This document shows, piece after piece, positions 39,074 to 52,340 of a stretch of DNA of 64,000 nucleotides. The position numbers and the translations under genes were made by a program. The notes below the pieces were generated by a model. The model searched no databases. It was not told the origin of the DNA and saw only the letters and a program-made list of their open reading frames with translations. Position 1 is the first letter of the stretch, and the number at the start of each line of letters is the position of its first letter. Source of the DNA: Camelus ferus (lineage: Eukaryota); assembly GCF_009834535.1 (NCBI RefSeq), contig NC_045714.1:15438001-15502000 (forward strand). Direction: 5' to 3'.

Positions 39074-39782
39074 GCCTCCCTGTTCGGGGAGCCACCATGC
39101 TGACCCCGGGGCGCCGGGGCACCCACTCAGCTCCACTGTTTACCTCCCTTGCCCGGCCCTCCCGGTGGAGATTTCCAACTTGCAGTGACTCCCAGCTGGC
39201 AGCCCCGGGCAGCCTCGGTGGCCACCCGGAGGGGCTGGGCCTGGAAACCCGTATCTTCCTCGATGCGATGCGCTTTGCCAGGCCGGAGCCTGGGCCTCTC
39301 CACGCAAGTGCAGGTGCACGAAGGGTTACAAAGTGATTTGTTTTTGCTTCTGGAGTCTCCAGTGGAAGCTCATGGACAAGGTTCTCAGGGAAGTTTTGGA
39401 GTTCGCAACCACAGTATTGCTTTGTCTGTCGAGGCGGGAGGGCAGCCGTGGGCCGGGGCGGGTCGTGCGTGTGTCATGTCAGCCTGGAGCGTGCCCGTGT
39501 GCCTGCTTGGTGCAGCCACTGTGGCAAGTGTGTTTTCTGTTGTCCTTTAATTCAGTTTTATGTTAAGGATGGAAAAAAGCAACGTTCCAGAGGTTAGGTT
39601 AGGAATATGCCTGCAGCCCACTGTCGGCTCAAGGAAGCTAACCTGGGACCCTTGAAAGTTCCAACCGGAAGCTCCTCTGTCTGGGCGCTGCGGCCCGAGC
39701 CCGTACAGACACTGTGGCTTGGGGTCATGCTCTCTCTTGAGGTCTGGGTCGGGGCCAGGGCCTCTGGCTCTGCATGTGCCCG

Positions 39783-39810
39783 CCCAGACCCAGACCCAGA
39801 CCCAGACCCA
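39783..39810. repeat. (CCAGAC)4+ hexamer repeat in the MYT1 3'UTR
   Basis: CCCAGACCCAGACCCAGACCCAGACCCA. Confidence 0.85.
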
Positions 39811-40235
39811 TCACTGCCACGTCCCCCGGGTCACAGCTGAGCTTTACCGAGGGGGGCGCAGCATCAGCAAGGTCAAGGGGTAAATTCCTAACTGGAGACC
39901 ACCAAGGTTTCTCTTCTTTTTAGATCCATTCAAGATTTGAGAGAAGGTAAATTTTAATTTAATGTGTTAAAAACACAATGTTCTTAACATGTAAATAGAG
40001 TCCAAATCAATTGTGACTGCAATTCCAAGTTAGTATTTAAAAGTAGAGAAATTGCACTTCCTGGAAGAAATAAGAAAGTAGTTAGTTTAATTATTCTGTA
40101 AATTATTTAATTTTGTCAAAATGTAAGTATTTATATTCACAACCTCTTATGTTAACATTTGCTATTTATTTGACATTTTTATTTATTGATTTTATACTAT
40201 TTTACCTAGACCCACACCAGGATGCATGAGAGGAA

Positions 40236-40241
40236 AATAAA
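40236..40241 (+). terminator. MYT1: Possible proximal poly(A) signal AATAAA
   Basis: Hexamer in the AU-rich part of the 3'UTR; use is untested. Confidence 0.35.
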
Positions 40242-40753
40242 TGAAATCAAAGCAAAATTACCCATTGGACTATGAGATAGGCCACAAAAAAAATCTCGCT
40301 GTAACTTCTAGTTGTAATTTTAATGCAACCAAGTTATTTTTATATATTTTGTTATTTATTATTTTAATAATGGAATTGTGAAAAAGTATTTTGTAACTGA
40401 GGAGGTTTGATAATTTGGGGACACTCTCCCCTGGTCCACTGGAAAGAGGGACTTTCTGGTTTTCTTTGCCCCTTTGGCTCCTTCTGTTCCAGGCACGGAC
40501 AACAGCAAACAGAATCTGTATTTATTGTTTATTTAAGTGTAGTGCAGATGTGTGTGCCCTGGCGTGTTTCCCATGTTGCGTCTGTGTGCAGGTTCTCGGT
40601 GGCCGAGTCCTGTTGCTGTGGGGGCGCGGGCCCAGGTCGCCTGCCCTCCGGCCCCTTTCCTTCGACAGCTCTGATACTGTGACCCTCCTTCCTCAGGAAA
40701 CACATGGAACCCACAGCACAGCACTTCTCAGTGTGTTTGCAGGGTGATTTCCT

Positions 40754-40759
40754 AATAAA
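40754..40759 (+). terminator. MYT1: Probable main MYT1 poly(A) signal AATAAA
   Basis: Followed ~20-40 nt later by GU-rich sequence (CTGTGAGC...CTTGTCTGTGGT). Confidence 0.75.
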
Positions 40760-40989
40760 AGTCCACTCTGACTGTGAGCGGGAGCTTGTCTGTGGTGAGG
40801 ACGCCGTCTCTGTCCCGATGGCTCTGACGAGTCACCTTCCTGGGGACTGGGTGGTGGGTGGACTTCTCCATCTCAGGCCTCTCCCTGATGCCACATGCAG
40901 AACCCACATCTCCTCCGTGGAACTGCCCTTTCCCCTGAGGTCTAAGTCGCAGACCGGGTATGTTTAAATCAGAGTTTTCCGGGGTCAGA

Positions 40990-41310
40990 GAGAAGTCTTT
41001 CTGCTGGGGTTGTCAGTGTGTGGGGCGTGAAATGGGGGCTGCCCCAAGTCCTCTCTCCTAGCCACAGGAGGAAGCTACCTGCAGGAGGAGAGTATGGACA
41101 ATCTGGAGAGAGGCAGAGCTGAGCAATAGAGAGAGAAAGGTAGAAGTGAGAGGGGGAGGAAGAGAGCGCTCTCCAATGGCCTTTGCAGAGCTCCTGGGTT
41201 CAGCCATACCTGAAGGCATCTTACACTTTTGTGTCAGGTGGGGCTTTATCTCTCCCAGGTGAAACTTAGGTTTGGGCTTCTAGTCACTTCAGCCTGAACT
41301 GTCAACACAC
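40990..41310 (+). mobile_element. MLT1-type (MaLR) LTR fossil
   Basis: GCAGAGCTGAGCAATAGAGAGAGA...GGGTTCAGCCATACCTGAAGG...TTTGGGCTTCTAGTCACTT resembles recalled MLT1 3' motifs. Confidence 0.5.
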
Positions 41311-44300
41311 TTTGACTTCCCTGGGAATGCGGCCCTTGAGGCTAACCTGGAGCTTCCATCTGACATGTGAATGAAGGAAAATTCTTAGAAATTCTGGGCC
41401 TCATTTCCAACTGCTATCTGGGTCGTACCCAGTCATGCTGGCACACAAGTGCTGGGGTGTGGGCAATACCAACCCTGCAGTGTCCCCTCTGCAAGCTGAG
41501 GTGACACCATTCTGGGGAGCCGCTCGAGGCCCCTGCTCTGGCTGCCTGGAGAAGAGGTAGAAGAGGCCAGGGCTGGGGGAGAACAAGATGCTCAGAGTGA
41601 ATCGCCACGTCCGTCTCTGCGTGGGACCTCCTGCCTTCACCCTCTCCTGGGGTCTCTGCCCTGTTTCCTCTGAAGATTCACTTGGCCTCTCGCCCTTTCT
41701 GACACCGAAACAGTACACATGGAGGGAGCCTGGTACACCTGCACCAGCTCAGCCAGAAGCCCCCCCCTTTTCCCCCAGTGCACGCAGCATGGTGTCAGGA
41801 CTCATTTTCAAGGCTGCCAGGTAATTCCCAAGAGCAGCCATGCTGAGAGGCACGGATGCCTGGGAAAGTGACGGCTGGTGCAAGTGTGCTCGCCTGGCTG
41901 GTCTAAAGAACCACAAGAGTAACATGGGTGGGAAGAGGGCCCTAGAGGTCAGCTTCAAGTGCAGGTGAGTGTGCAGGTGGTGAGGGAACCGAGAGGCTTT
42001 GGAAGGTAGGCATGAGGTGGTGCAGGGCCCCCTCCACGGGCCACATCTCAGGGAAGACCTCTGTTCATGGTTGGGGACAGGTGGGCAACGGCCGAGAGAG
42101 CTGCCCTGGGAGAGACAGTTCCAACCCAATCCCAGGTTGGCCCTGGGCAGGGCTCCAACCAGGATGGACTCAGCCTTGCCCTTAACAGATGTGTGTGGGC
42201 TGCGTTCCCTGTGGAGGGCCATCTGCTGTGGGATTTGGAAGATGTCTCAGGGAGACCATGTTTGGGATGTGGCTGGTGGTCACGGGAGAAGGGACATCCT
42301 GGAGTGGACACGCTATGCTGGTGTGAAGGACCTTGATGTTGAAGAACTATGAGCTCTAAGGAGGTTGCTCTGATCCTATAAGAACTTTAGGTTTTCCAGA
42401 TTCTGCCCTCTGACCCGAGGATTCTGGGAGGTACGAGGGAGCCTGGCCTCAGAGTTCTGGGTCCTTAGTACCTCCATGAGAAGCTTCCATCTGCCACGAT
42501 GTCCTGGGCTTTTGAGGGTTTGTCCTCTGTGGGGTCAGCAGACCTGAGCTGGAACTGGCTCTGCATTTACCAGCTGGTGTCTTAGTCATGCTGTGGACGG
42601 AGGGACCCCTGCAGCCCCTCTGGCTTCAAGATGATGCGGCGTTACTGTGACGTCAGAAGGCTGCACAGTCCTGCAGTCTGATGATGACACCAGTTGTTTG
42701 CCCCCCAGGAGACGCTCCCACGTCTCCTGGGGTCCAGGGTAGGGGCAGGATCTTGGTGTCATAGGCAGATGCTCTCTTAGGACTTATTTGTGCTTTGGGA
42801 ACCTCACTGGGTCTTCTCTCCCAGCCTGCAGACCCTTCTTTTACTCTCCAGAGACTAAAACTCAAAGCTTTATCCAGAGGGAGGGGAGTGTTCCCTGGCT
42901 CTGAGTCAGGACAGGGTTCTTGAGAATCTTCTGACTTCATAGACATACTTTCCACCAGTCATTCTTGGTACAGGACCCCACTTCCACCTCCAGCAGAACC
43001 TGAACCTGCCAGTCCCCGGGGTTCTGAGGTGTGGACTGCCTCCATCCGGAGCTTCCCACACTCTGGCTATAATTCCGGTTTTGGGTCTGCTGAGTCATTC
43101 ATTGCATATCTGTGTGTTTTCTGGCTTCTAATCACATTGTTGTCTCTTCCTCCATCTTCCCATCCCTGTCAACTTACACCCTAAGAGCTGTCACTTTAGC
43201 CAGGTTTTGAAAGGGTGCCAAGGTAGATGGGTGTGTATACCAGCACGCCTCGCCTGGACCCACAGGTAATGACCCAAGGGGATGAGCACCTGACTGTGTG
43301 TGGATGCTGCGTCGATGCCACCCCATGGGTGCAGGAGAAATTAACCACTGTGTCCCTAAGGCTATTGGGTAGAGGTTGTGTCAGCTGTGGTTGGGGAGAG
43401 TTCCCTAACTGTCAGTAGATTTCTAACCTGGTAGTATAGTCAGCATCTCTTCCAGGTGTTACAGGCTTGTCCTTTCTCTTTGCTCCTCCTTCAAATAAGG
43501 AGGTGGAGTGTTGGCTTCTCCAACAGAACCCCAGTCCCCACCTCAGCAAAGTGGCAATCAGATTAAAACACACAGGAGTGCCCTTTTCTGTGGGCCCAGG
43601 TGATCTGTGATTGTGGGAACCCTGCCAGAGCTGGGCAGCTGACCCGTGGTAGAGCCCCTGTAGCCTTCACTGCACCCCAGCCTCCCACCCGTCCCCACTT
43701 TCCCCTCACGGAGTTCCTGCCTCTCCCTTTCCTCTCAGGGACTACAGCATGCCGGCCTCTGACTTCTGTTCTTCTGGAGCCTTTTACGGACCCCCTCCTC
43801 CCCTCCCCTTCTGGGTCTTCCTCCAAACTGGCCCTCGCATGCTCCCTGGAGGCTGCCCCCGCACACATCCTGGCATCTCCACTCCCTTTCTTATCCCGTC
43901 TGCAGCTCGTGTGTGCCCACAGTGTCCCAAGCCTGCCTCTCCCAGTTTGAGCACCTTCTGGGTCTCCACTTGGATGTCCCGCAGGCCTCGGGACACTGCT
44001 CAGGGTCCCCCAGAGGACTGGCTCTGTAGCTGGGACACATCCTCAGATGACCACTAGCATCCACTGGCTGGTCCCAGCCTGACTCACCCAGATGAGGGGA
44101 TCAGGCCACTGTGCAAGCCACCAAGAGAGGCCACAGCTGTGCCGTGTGGGTGTGAATGCCGTGTAGAACACCAACCTAGGGGTGAGTATGCCCCAGATGG
44201 GGCTAGCCATGTGCAGAAGCACAGACATTTATTTGAGCCATACGTGGATCTGTGCAGGGTTACATGTATGACAGCACAGCCATGCCCTGCCCACCACAGG

Positions 44301-45109
44301 GGACCGTGTGGACATGGTGGCTCCTGAGCTCCACAGGAGCCTCTCCTGCTAGCCGAGGTGTCTACATTGGGTTGTTCTGGCCCCAACCCTGGCAGCTTCT
44401 TGAGCCAGGGGAGGTCTTGGGGGACACACTTGGAGCCCCACAGAGCTGGAGGAGGCCGCACAGGCTCAGCCCCATGGGGCCGTCCCCGAGCACCCATCAC
44501 TTCCAGGACGAGGGACCTCGTGGGAGGTGCCAACAGATCAGCCCTGCTTCTCTCACTGGCCCCCAGGAGGCTGAGGAGGAAAGGATAGGCCCCTCCCCTC
44601 ATCCTGCCCATGAACATCTCCTTGGCGAGCCCGCTCATCTCTGCTCTAAGGAGACCTTCTGCCAAATTAGATACACTTCTGCCAGTTTCTTTCACACACT
44701 GTCAAAAATGTTTTCCTTATCTTTAGTTCTGACACGGCTCTCTCTGTAGAAGTCGTCAAAACAGCAGAGGAGAAACCCGGTGGTGTTTATGACTAAAGAC
44801 AGTGAGGAATGCACCCAAGGTCCACCTGCCACATTGTGAAGACCAAGCAGAAGGGCTTGCGAGGCCCACATCATGCCCCCTGGGCCACTGCCTGAGACTC
44901 CCAACCAGAGGTTGATAATTCGGGACCCCACCAGCTACCAAAACTAGAAGGGCTCAGTCACAGCTGAGTCACCTCACACAAAGCCCTGCCTGGCTGATTC
45001 CTGAGCAGGTGTAGGAGAGAAGTGATGACTGGCAGTTCCTAGGTGGCCCTGAGCCCTTTGGTCTCACGTGGGCTTCTCCAACCTCTCACTCTGGGGTGCA
45101 GGCACTAGA

Positions 45110-45155
45110 AATGTCCCCATCATACAGATGAGGAGGCTGAGGCTGAGGATGCTGC
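45110..45155 (-). mobile_element. MIR SINE fragment
   Basis: CCCCATCATACAGATGAGGAGGCTGAGGCT. Confidence 0.5.
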
Positions 45156-46849
45156 TCAGGGGCCCCAGAGGACTGGCTTTGCAGCCAGGATCTCCCCCAG
45201 GACTAGAGGCCCTCCTCAGGAAGAGGAAGGAGGTGCCAGCTTGGCCGGACCCCACAGAGTAGTCAGGCCCAGTGGATGCTAAGGAGCCAGGGGAGAGGGA
45301 GCTTCTGTGGCCCTGAGGCCAGCAGGAGGGGAGGGGCTCCATGGAGAGGCCGACCCTGCAGCTGGTTGCCCCAGACTTGGGAGAGTTGGCCAGGCAGACG
45401 CCACTGCTTCTTGGGATGCTCTGACCACTCACCAGGGTACGTAGGCCTGGCTAGAGACCCCTCAGTCTCCTTTGGGTGGAAGTAGACCCTCTGGTGCTCC
45501 TCTGGCTCCTCCTGCCTGTAGGTGGAGCAGGGGGACCCATCATCAGGCCAGAGTGGGGAGACTGTGGCTTCGTTAGGCAGGAGGAGGGCCCGGAGGACAA
45601 GCTGCGAGTTAGGAAGATCTGGTTGTGTCCCCCAGCACCTTGGCTGGGGCAGCCCACAGACAGGAGCCACACCTGGCAGGAGCCCCAGAAGTTGTGAAGT
45701 TCCTGAACCTGCTTGGAGTGTTTAGCACAGGACCCCCAGCCTAACCCTCCCTGACAGACGGCTCCATGGTGGACTCTAGACCCAGCACTCACCCTCTGGT
45801 CCCTCCTTCCAGGGAACTGGAGCTCCCGAGAGAAAAGCAATCAGTGCTTCTGGTTTCTAAGTAACATCGATTTAAACCGTGAAGTGGCTACAACGAGAAA
45901 ACACTTGTCTCCTTTCACCTTGAGCTAATTACAGGCTGGGCCTTTTTTCCAGTGTGAGGACAAGGCTACTGCAGACCAGGGTGTCTGTAATGTGGCCCCA
46001 GGTACCTGGCCACTCCACTGGCAGTGTGGGAGCCCAGCAGAAGCTGGCCTCTGTGTCTGGGGCAGAGAGAGTGATGTAACTACAGGCGGCCCCACCTGGA
46101 CGCAGGAGGTCTGCGGCTACCAGATCCAGAAAATTTGCTTCCTCTTGATTTGGTTTCGAGGTTTACACACCCCACATTCTCCAACGGGAGAAGGGTGGAC
46201 CAGCCACATGCCGTGTTCTTCTGTTTCTGGATCACCCTGGAGATCACATCCTTCACTGTGAGCTGACGGCAGTGGCAGCCCCCAGGCAGGCCAGATCAGC
46301 TGTCAGAGTGGCCTTGTAAGCAGGAGGGCCCTGAGAGCCTGGGGAATCAGTCCAGCCCCCAAAAGCCCCGCTCCAGTTGTTCAGCAAGGATTTACCGTCA
46401 CTAGAGCTGGCCATGCGTTTTCCATGGGGTGGCCAGGCTTGTGCAAGATCCCTTTTCTAGACTCCTAAAGGCAGTGTCTTCCGATGCATACATCTGCAGT
46501 CAGAAGCAGAAAGGAGTAAGACGTGGTCCTTGCCCTGGAGCACATTTTCCAGAACACTCCTGACTGTTCTGGAGCAACCATCACATGTACCCTCCCTGGG
46601 GGGCCCCTCGTGTTCTTACTGTTCCTGGAGAGTTCATGTCTCCCTGGCTTCATCCGTGTGCTGACCCTAGGGAAGGGGATATGCTCCCAGTAAACTCCCC
46701 CAACCTCAGGTCTGGGTCACGACCAGACAGACCCCCAGGCGCGTTTCTTTCTTGAAGTGCTGAGTCTAGGGGCCTGTTGGAGTCAGAACAACTTGAAATT
46801 GAGGAATCATGGGTGCGTGCTCAGAGGGGGACTGCTTGCCCTGGTCCGC

Positions 46850-47169
46850 AGCCCTCCCTGCATTCTGTAGGGCAGCAGGGAGTCCCCCAGCTCCCGGTCC
46901 CCAGGTGTCCTGTGAGTACGTCACTCAGAGCGCGTTCCGTCTGTAGCTACAGACACATGTGCGTTGAGAGGCGCTTACTTCAAGGACCTGGGATTTCAGT
47001 CTTCGCTCTCAGGGCCTCACCTGGAGGGTAATTTGCTTTACTCAAAGTTTAATGACTGAAGTGTTAACCACATCTAAAATATACTCTCACAACACCACCT
47101 AGACTGGTATTTGACCACACATCTGAGCACCACAGCCTAGCCAGTGGACGCATGAAATTAATCATTGCA
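46850..47169 (-). mobile_element. MLT2 (ERVL) LTR fossil
   Basis: GGAGGGTAATTTGCTTTACTCAAAG...CTAGACTGGTATTTGACCAC...CACAGCCTAGCCAG...GAAATTAATCATTGCA is the reverse complement of the recalled MLT2 5' end. Confidence 0.75.
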
Positions 47170-47537
47170 GACTCCTTCCCTGACCCAGGCATTGCTAGCC
47201 TCTTACTAAGGTGGTTCGTTGTAAGATGAGAAATTATTTTTGAGAAACTTTCCAATCATTTTCCGTAAATGAATACATTTGAGTTCACCAGTATTCTTAG
47301 ATCAACAACAAATCGCGGCCACCTGTACAGTACAGATAGCAGAGAAGCTTTTGCGCATGTCTGGAACTGTGGTTAACTCGACTTTCTGGCTACAAATGGC
47401 TTAAAGTGAAGAACAAAATTTTTCTCTCTTCAGACCACCTCAGCTGGATGCTCTCAACACAACAGCTGTGCAGTAGCGACGCCTTGTGGTTAATTTTGCA
47501 TCTTGTCATTGCTGTGGCCTCGACCCTGGGATGAGGA

Positions 47538-47554
47538 CCCCCCCCCCCCCCCCC
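47538..47554. repeat. Poly(C)17 homopolymer
   Basis: Direct read. Confidence 0.9.
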
Positions 47555-48199
47555 GGCTAGTCTCACTGATGGAGGCAGGAGAGAAGGTCCAGCTCTAACA
47601 CCTTTTACTTGGGATGCTGCCCCTGCCTTAACCCCTCAGTGGTGTTTGATGTGTCTGTGGGCAATAATCTCAGTCAGAGGCCCAAGACACGGAGAGTGGA
47701 CACGACACCTTCCCCCTCCCCTGGGGGAGACGTCAGAAAGCAGGGGTGGGGTGGGGGAGCAGGTGGAGCTGAGGACGCCTGTGTGAGCGGGGCTTTGGGC
47801 AGCCCTTCCTGGCTGACACAGGGTGGGGGCGAGGGGCTGTGTTTCTGACTGGCGAGTCTCTTTATCAGCATCCCTGCATCAGCTCCCTGACCACGGTCTG
47901 GGGTTTGGAAATGGAGCTCCTTCTCAAAAGCAGAGTGCGGTGGGAAGACTCTTGGAGGACAGAACGTATTTTTGTTATTGTAATTGTAAAAGCAATTCTT
48001 GCCCACAGTAAAAACAGTCAGACAACACTGCAGTGAACAAAGTGAGAAGAGACACTCTTATCCAGGGCTGAGGCACACTAAAAAATAACCTTATACCTTT
48101 ACCCACATAGTTACAGTGATAACCAGTGTTCTTCATCCTTTTGTATAGATCCAAATTTCCATCTGTTATTATTTGCTTTCTGCCCGAAAAACTCACTTT

Positions 48200-48481
48200 T
48201 TAAAAAAATGTATTCTGCTCTATTCTTTATTCTCCTTTTGATATTCCCATTACATACGTTACACCTTTTCATTTCATTTGTTTCAAGATTGTTCATCAAC
48301 TGCTCACTGAAGTAGTTTCATTACTTAAAAAAAAACTTTGTCAGATAGCTCTTTTTTTTTTAACATTTTTAATTGAGTTATAGTCATTTTACAATGTTGT
48401 GTCAAATTCTAATGTAGAGCACAATTTTTCAGTTACACATGAACATACATATATTCATTGTCACAATTTTTTTCGCTGTGT
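48200..48481 (-). mobile_element. Short 5'-truncated lineage-specific L1 3' end (48352-48480) with an apparent 3'-transduced tag (48202-48351)
   Basis: Same 3' UTR family as the + strand copy at 58913-59320; flanked by near-identical GAAAAACTC[A/G]CTTT at 48186-48199 and 48482-48495. Confidence 0.75.
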
Positions 48482-51002
48482 GAAAAACTCGCTTTATCAT
48501 TGCATGTTGTGTGGGTCTGCTGCTTCTTCTAGTTTCTGTATGTCTGAAAAAAATTTCATCTTCTTTAAAAAAATCTAGTACACTTTATTTCTGAGAGGAG
48601 TTTTAAGGGACTAGTACAGAGAATTCCCATATACCCTCCCTATCACGAAGTTTCCTCTGCCATTAACATCCTGAGTTACTGTGATACATTGTTACAACTG
48701 ATGTACCAGTATTGATACACTATTTTTTGATACACTATTAATTAAAGTCCATAATTTACATTAGGCTTTACTCTTGGTGTTGTACATTCTGCGAATTACG
48801 ACAATGCATATGTCATGTTCCCACCATCACGGTATCACACAAAATAGTTGCACTGCCCTAAAAACCCCCTGTGCTCTGTCTCTTCTCTTCCTGCACCCCC
48901 GTTCCTAGCAACCACTAATCTTGTTACCGTTTCTACAGTTTTGCTCTTTCCAAAATGTCACATCATACAACATGTATGGAATCATACACTATGTAGCCTT
49001 TTCAGACCGGCTTCTTTCATTTAGCAATAAGCATGTAAGTTTCCTCCACGTCTTTCTGTGTGACTGGACAGCTCACTTCTTTTTAGTGCTGAATAGCATT
49101 CCACAGTTGGGATGTACCACAGTTGTATCTAATTACCTGTTGAAGAACGTCTTAAGTGGCTTCCAATGTTTGTCAATTATGAGTAAAGCTGCTATAAACA
49201 TTCGTGTGGAGATATTTNNNNNNNNNNNNNNNNNNNNNNNNNNNNNNNNNNNNNNNNNNNNNNNNNNNNNNNNNNNNNNNNNNNNNNNNNNNNNNNNNNN
49301 NNNNNNNNNNNNNNNNNNNNNNNNNNNNNNNNNNNNNNNNNNNNNNNNNNNNNNNNNNNNNNNNNNNNTCCCCTGTAGCTCCACATCCTTACCAGCACTT
49401 GGTGTGGTCAGTGTTTGGGGTTTCAGCATTGTGATGGGAGTGCAGTGTGTGTATCTTGTTGTTTTAGCTTCATCTCCCCGATAACAGGATGTTGAACATC
49501 TTTTCTTTGCTTACTTGCCACCTGTATGTCTCTTTTGCTGAGGCATCTATTCAGGTCTTTGGCCCAGTTTTTAATTGGGTTGTTTGGGATTTTTTTGTTG
49601 TTGAGTTTTAAGAGTTCTTTATATATTTCAGATACAAATTCTTTATCGATTATGCATTTTGTGAATATTTTCTCTCTGTCTGTGGCTTATCTGTTTATTC
49701 TTTTGATAGTGTCTTTCACAGAGGAGAAGTTTTGAATTTTAATGAACTCTATCTTACAGGTTTTTTTTCTTTCATGAATCACCTCTTTGGTGTTGTATGT
49801 AAAACATCCTTGCCCAGCCAAGGTAGCCCAGATTTTCTTCTATATTATCTTCTGGAACTTTTATGTGAAAATTGTGAGGTTTGTGTCTAGATCCATTTTT
49901 GTGTATGTGTGTGTCCAGTTGTTCCCGTATCATTTGTTGGAAAGACTATCCTTCCTCCATTGTATTGATTAGCTCCTTTGTCAAAACACAGTCAACTATA
50001 TTTGTGTACGTCTTTTTCTGGAGTCTGTATTCTATTCTATTGATCTACTTGCCTAGTCTTTCATTGATACCACACTGTCTTGATTACTGTAACTTTATAT
50101 TAAGTCTTGAAATCAGGGAGTGTCAGTCCTCCAACTTTGTTCTTCTCCTTCGATATTGTATTGGATACTCTGTTTTTTTGCCTTTCAACATAAACTTTAA
50201 ATCAGTGTGTTGATATCCACAAAATAGCTTGCTTGGATTTTGACTGGATTGCATTGAGTCTACAGATCAAGGTGGGAGGGACTGACATTTAAATAACATT
50301 GAGGCTTCCTATCTGTGAACATGGACTATCTATTCATTCATTTGGATTTTCTTTGAGTTCTTTCATCAGTTTTGTAGTCTTTTTCATATCCATTTTTACT
50401 TTTTTGGAGTTAGATTTATAAGTGATTCTAAGTATTTCTTTTTTTTTGATGCTAATGTAAATGTTGTGTTTTTAATTTCAAATTCCAATTGTTCACTGCT
50501 GGTATATCGGAAAGTGATCGATTTTTGTATATTAACATTGTAGTCTGAAACCTTGCTACAACTGTTTATTGGCTCAGGAGGTTTTTGTTTATTTTTAATA
50601 GATTTTCGGGGTGTATTCCATGTCATCTGCAAACAAAGACAGTTTATTTCTTCCTTCCAAATCTGTATACCTTTATCCTCCTTTTCATGTCTCATTGGAT
50701 TAGTACGATGCTATACTAATCTTCCAGTTCAATGTTCATCAGGAACGGCAAGAGAGAACATTCTTGCCTTATTCCCAACTTTATGGGAAAATATCTAGTT
50801 TCTCACCACTAAGTATGATGTTGGCTGTGGGGGCTTTGAGGATATTCTTTATCAAGTTGAGAAAGTTCTCTATTCCTAGTTTGCTGAGAGTCTTTATAAT
50901 GAATGGATGTTGGATTTTGTCAAATGCTTTTTTGCATCTGTTGATATGATTTTAAGATTTTTCTTCTTTAGCTTATTGATGTGATGGATTACACTGATTT
51001 TT

Positions 51003-51350
51003 TAATTTATTGAAGTATAGCTGATTTACAATGTTGTGTCAATTTCTGGTGTACAGCATAGTGGTTCAGTTATACATATACATATATATTCTTTTTCATT
51101 ATTGGTGATTAGAAGTTATTGAATATAGTTCCCTGTGCTGTACAGTAAGACCTTGCTGTTTTTCTGTTCTGTATATAGTCGTTTGTATCTGCTAACCCCA
51201 AACTCCCAATTTATCTCTCCTTCTACCTTTCTCCTTTGGTAACCATAAGTTTGTTTCCTATGTCTGTGAGTCTTTTTTGTTATGTAAATGAGTTCATTTG
51301 TGTCTTTTATTTATTTATTTATTTTTTTAGATTCCATGTATAAGTGATAG
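51003..51350 (-). mobile_element. Cetartiodactyl-type L1 3' end nested in the old L1
   Basis: TTTATTGAAGTATAGCTGATTTACAATGTTGTGTCAATTTCTGGTGTACAGC...; TSD CACTGATTTTT at 50992-51002 and 51351-51361. Confidence 0.85.
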
Positions 51351-51848
51351 CACTGATTTTTATTTTTGAATGTGGAACTAGCTTTGCATCCCTGAAATAA
51401 ACTGCACTTGGTCGTGGTGTGTAATTCTTTCTATATATTATTGGATTGGATTTGTTAATATTCTGTTGAGGGTTTTTGTGTCTATGACCATGAGAGATAT
51501 TGGTGTTTACTTTCACTGTCTTGTGATGTCTTTGTCTGGTTTTTGTATTAGGGCAATTTTGGCCTCCTAGAATGAGTTAAGAAGCATTCCCTAGCTTCTG
51601 TTTCCTGGGAGAGATTAAATAATTAGTATCATTTCTTCCTCCAGTGTTAGAACTCACCAGTGAGCCCATCTGGGCCTGGTGCTTTCTGTTTGGAAGGTTA
51701 TTCATTACTGATTTCTTTAATAGATGTGGGACCACTCAGATGATCTGTGTAACCTTGTGTGAGTTTGGATATTTGTGTCTTAAAGGGAATTGGTTCATTT
51801 CACCTAGATTATCACATTTGTGGGTATAGAGTTGTTCACAAAATTCTT

Positions 51849-51874
51849 AAATTTTTTTTTAATTTTATGGAATG

Positions 51875-51921
<47 letters not shown>

Positions 51922-52089
51922 ATTATTGAAGTATAGTCAGTTTACAATGTTGTGTCAATTTCTGGTGTGCACCATAATGCTTCGGTGATACATGGGCATA
52001 CGTATATTCATTTTCATATTCCTTTTCACCATAAGTTACAAGATATTGAATATAGTTCTGTGTACTACACAGTATGAACTTGTTGTTTT
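51849..52089 (-). mobile_element. Second nested L1 3' end whose tail carries a (TA)19 microsatellite (51879-51916)
   Basis: TTATTGAAGTATAGTCAGTTTACAATGTTGTGTCAATTTCTGGTG...; possible 9-bp TSD AAA[A/G]TTCTT at 51840-51848 and 52090-52098. Confidence 0.75.
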
Positions 52090-52340
52090 AAAGTTCTTTT
52101 ATTGTCCTTTTAATATCCATGGGATCATATTTCATTTCTGACAGTTAATAATTTGTATCTTCTCTTTTTTTCTCGGTTGGCCTGGCTAGAGGTTTATCGA
52201 TTTTATCAGTCTTTTCAGAGAACTACCTGCTGGTTTCCCTGATTTCCCCTATTGGTTTCCTATCTTCACTTGCATTGATTTCTGCCCTCACTTCTGTTAT
52301 TTCTGTTCTCCTGCTCACTTGGATTTAATTTGCTCTTTGC

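Larger units (their letters stand above)
39074..40780 (+). other. MYT1: MYT1 3'UTR (~1.7 kb) with an AU-rich core at ~39920-40400
   Basis: Runs from the stop codon to just past AATAAA at 40754; the end is inferred. Confidence 0.75.

Noticed and set aside
39071-39103. Possible stop-codon readthrough of MYT1
   Set aside because: TAG-G context is not a leaky motif, and the next in-frame stop follows after 9 codons.
42290-43230. Possible old LTR, L1 or HAL1 fossil in the intergenic region
   Set aside because: Looks like a decayed repeat, but I could not assign a family or boundaries.
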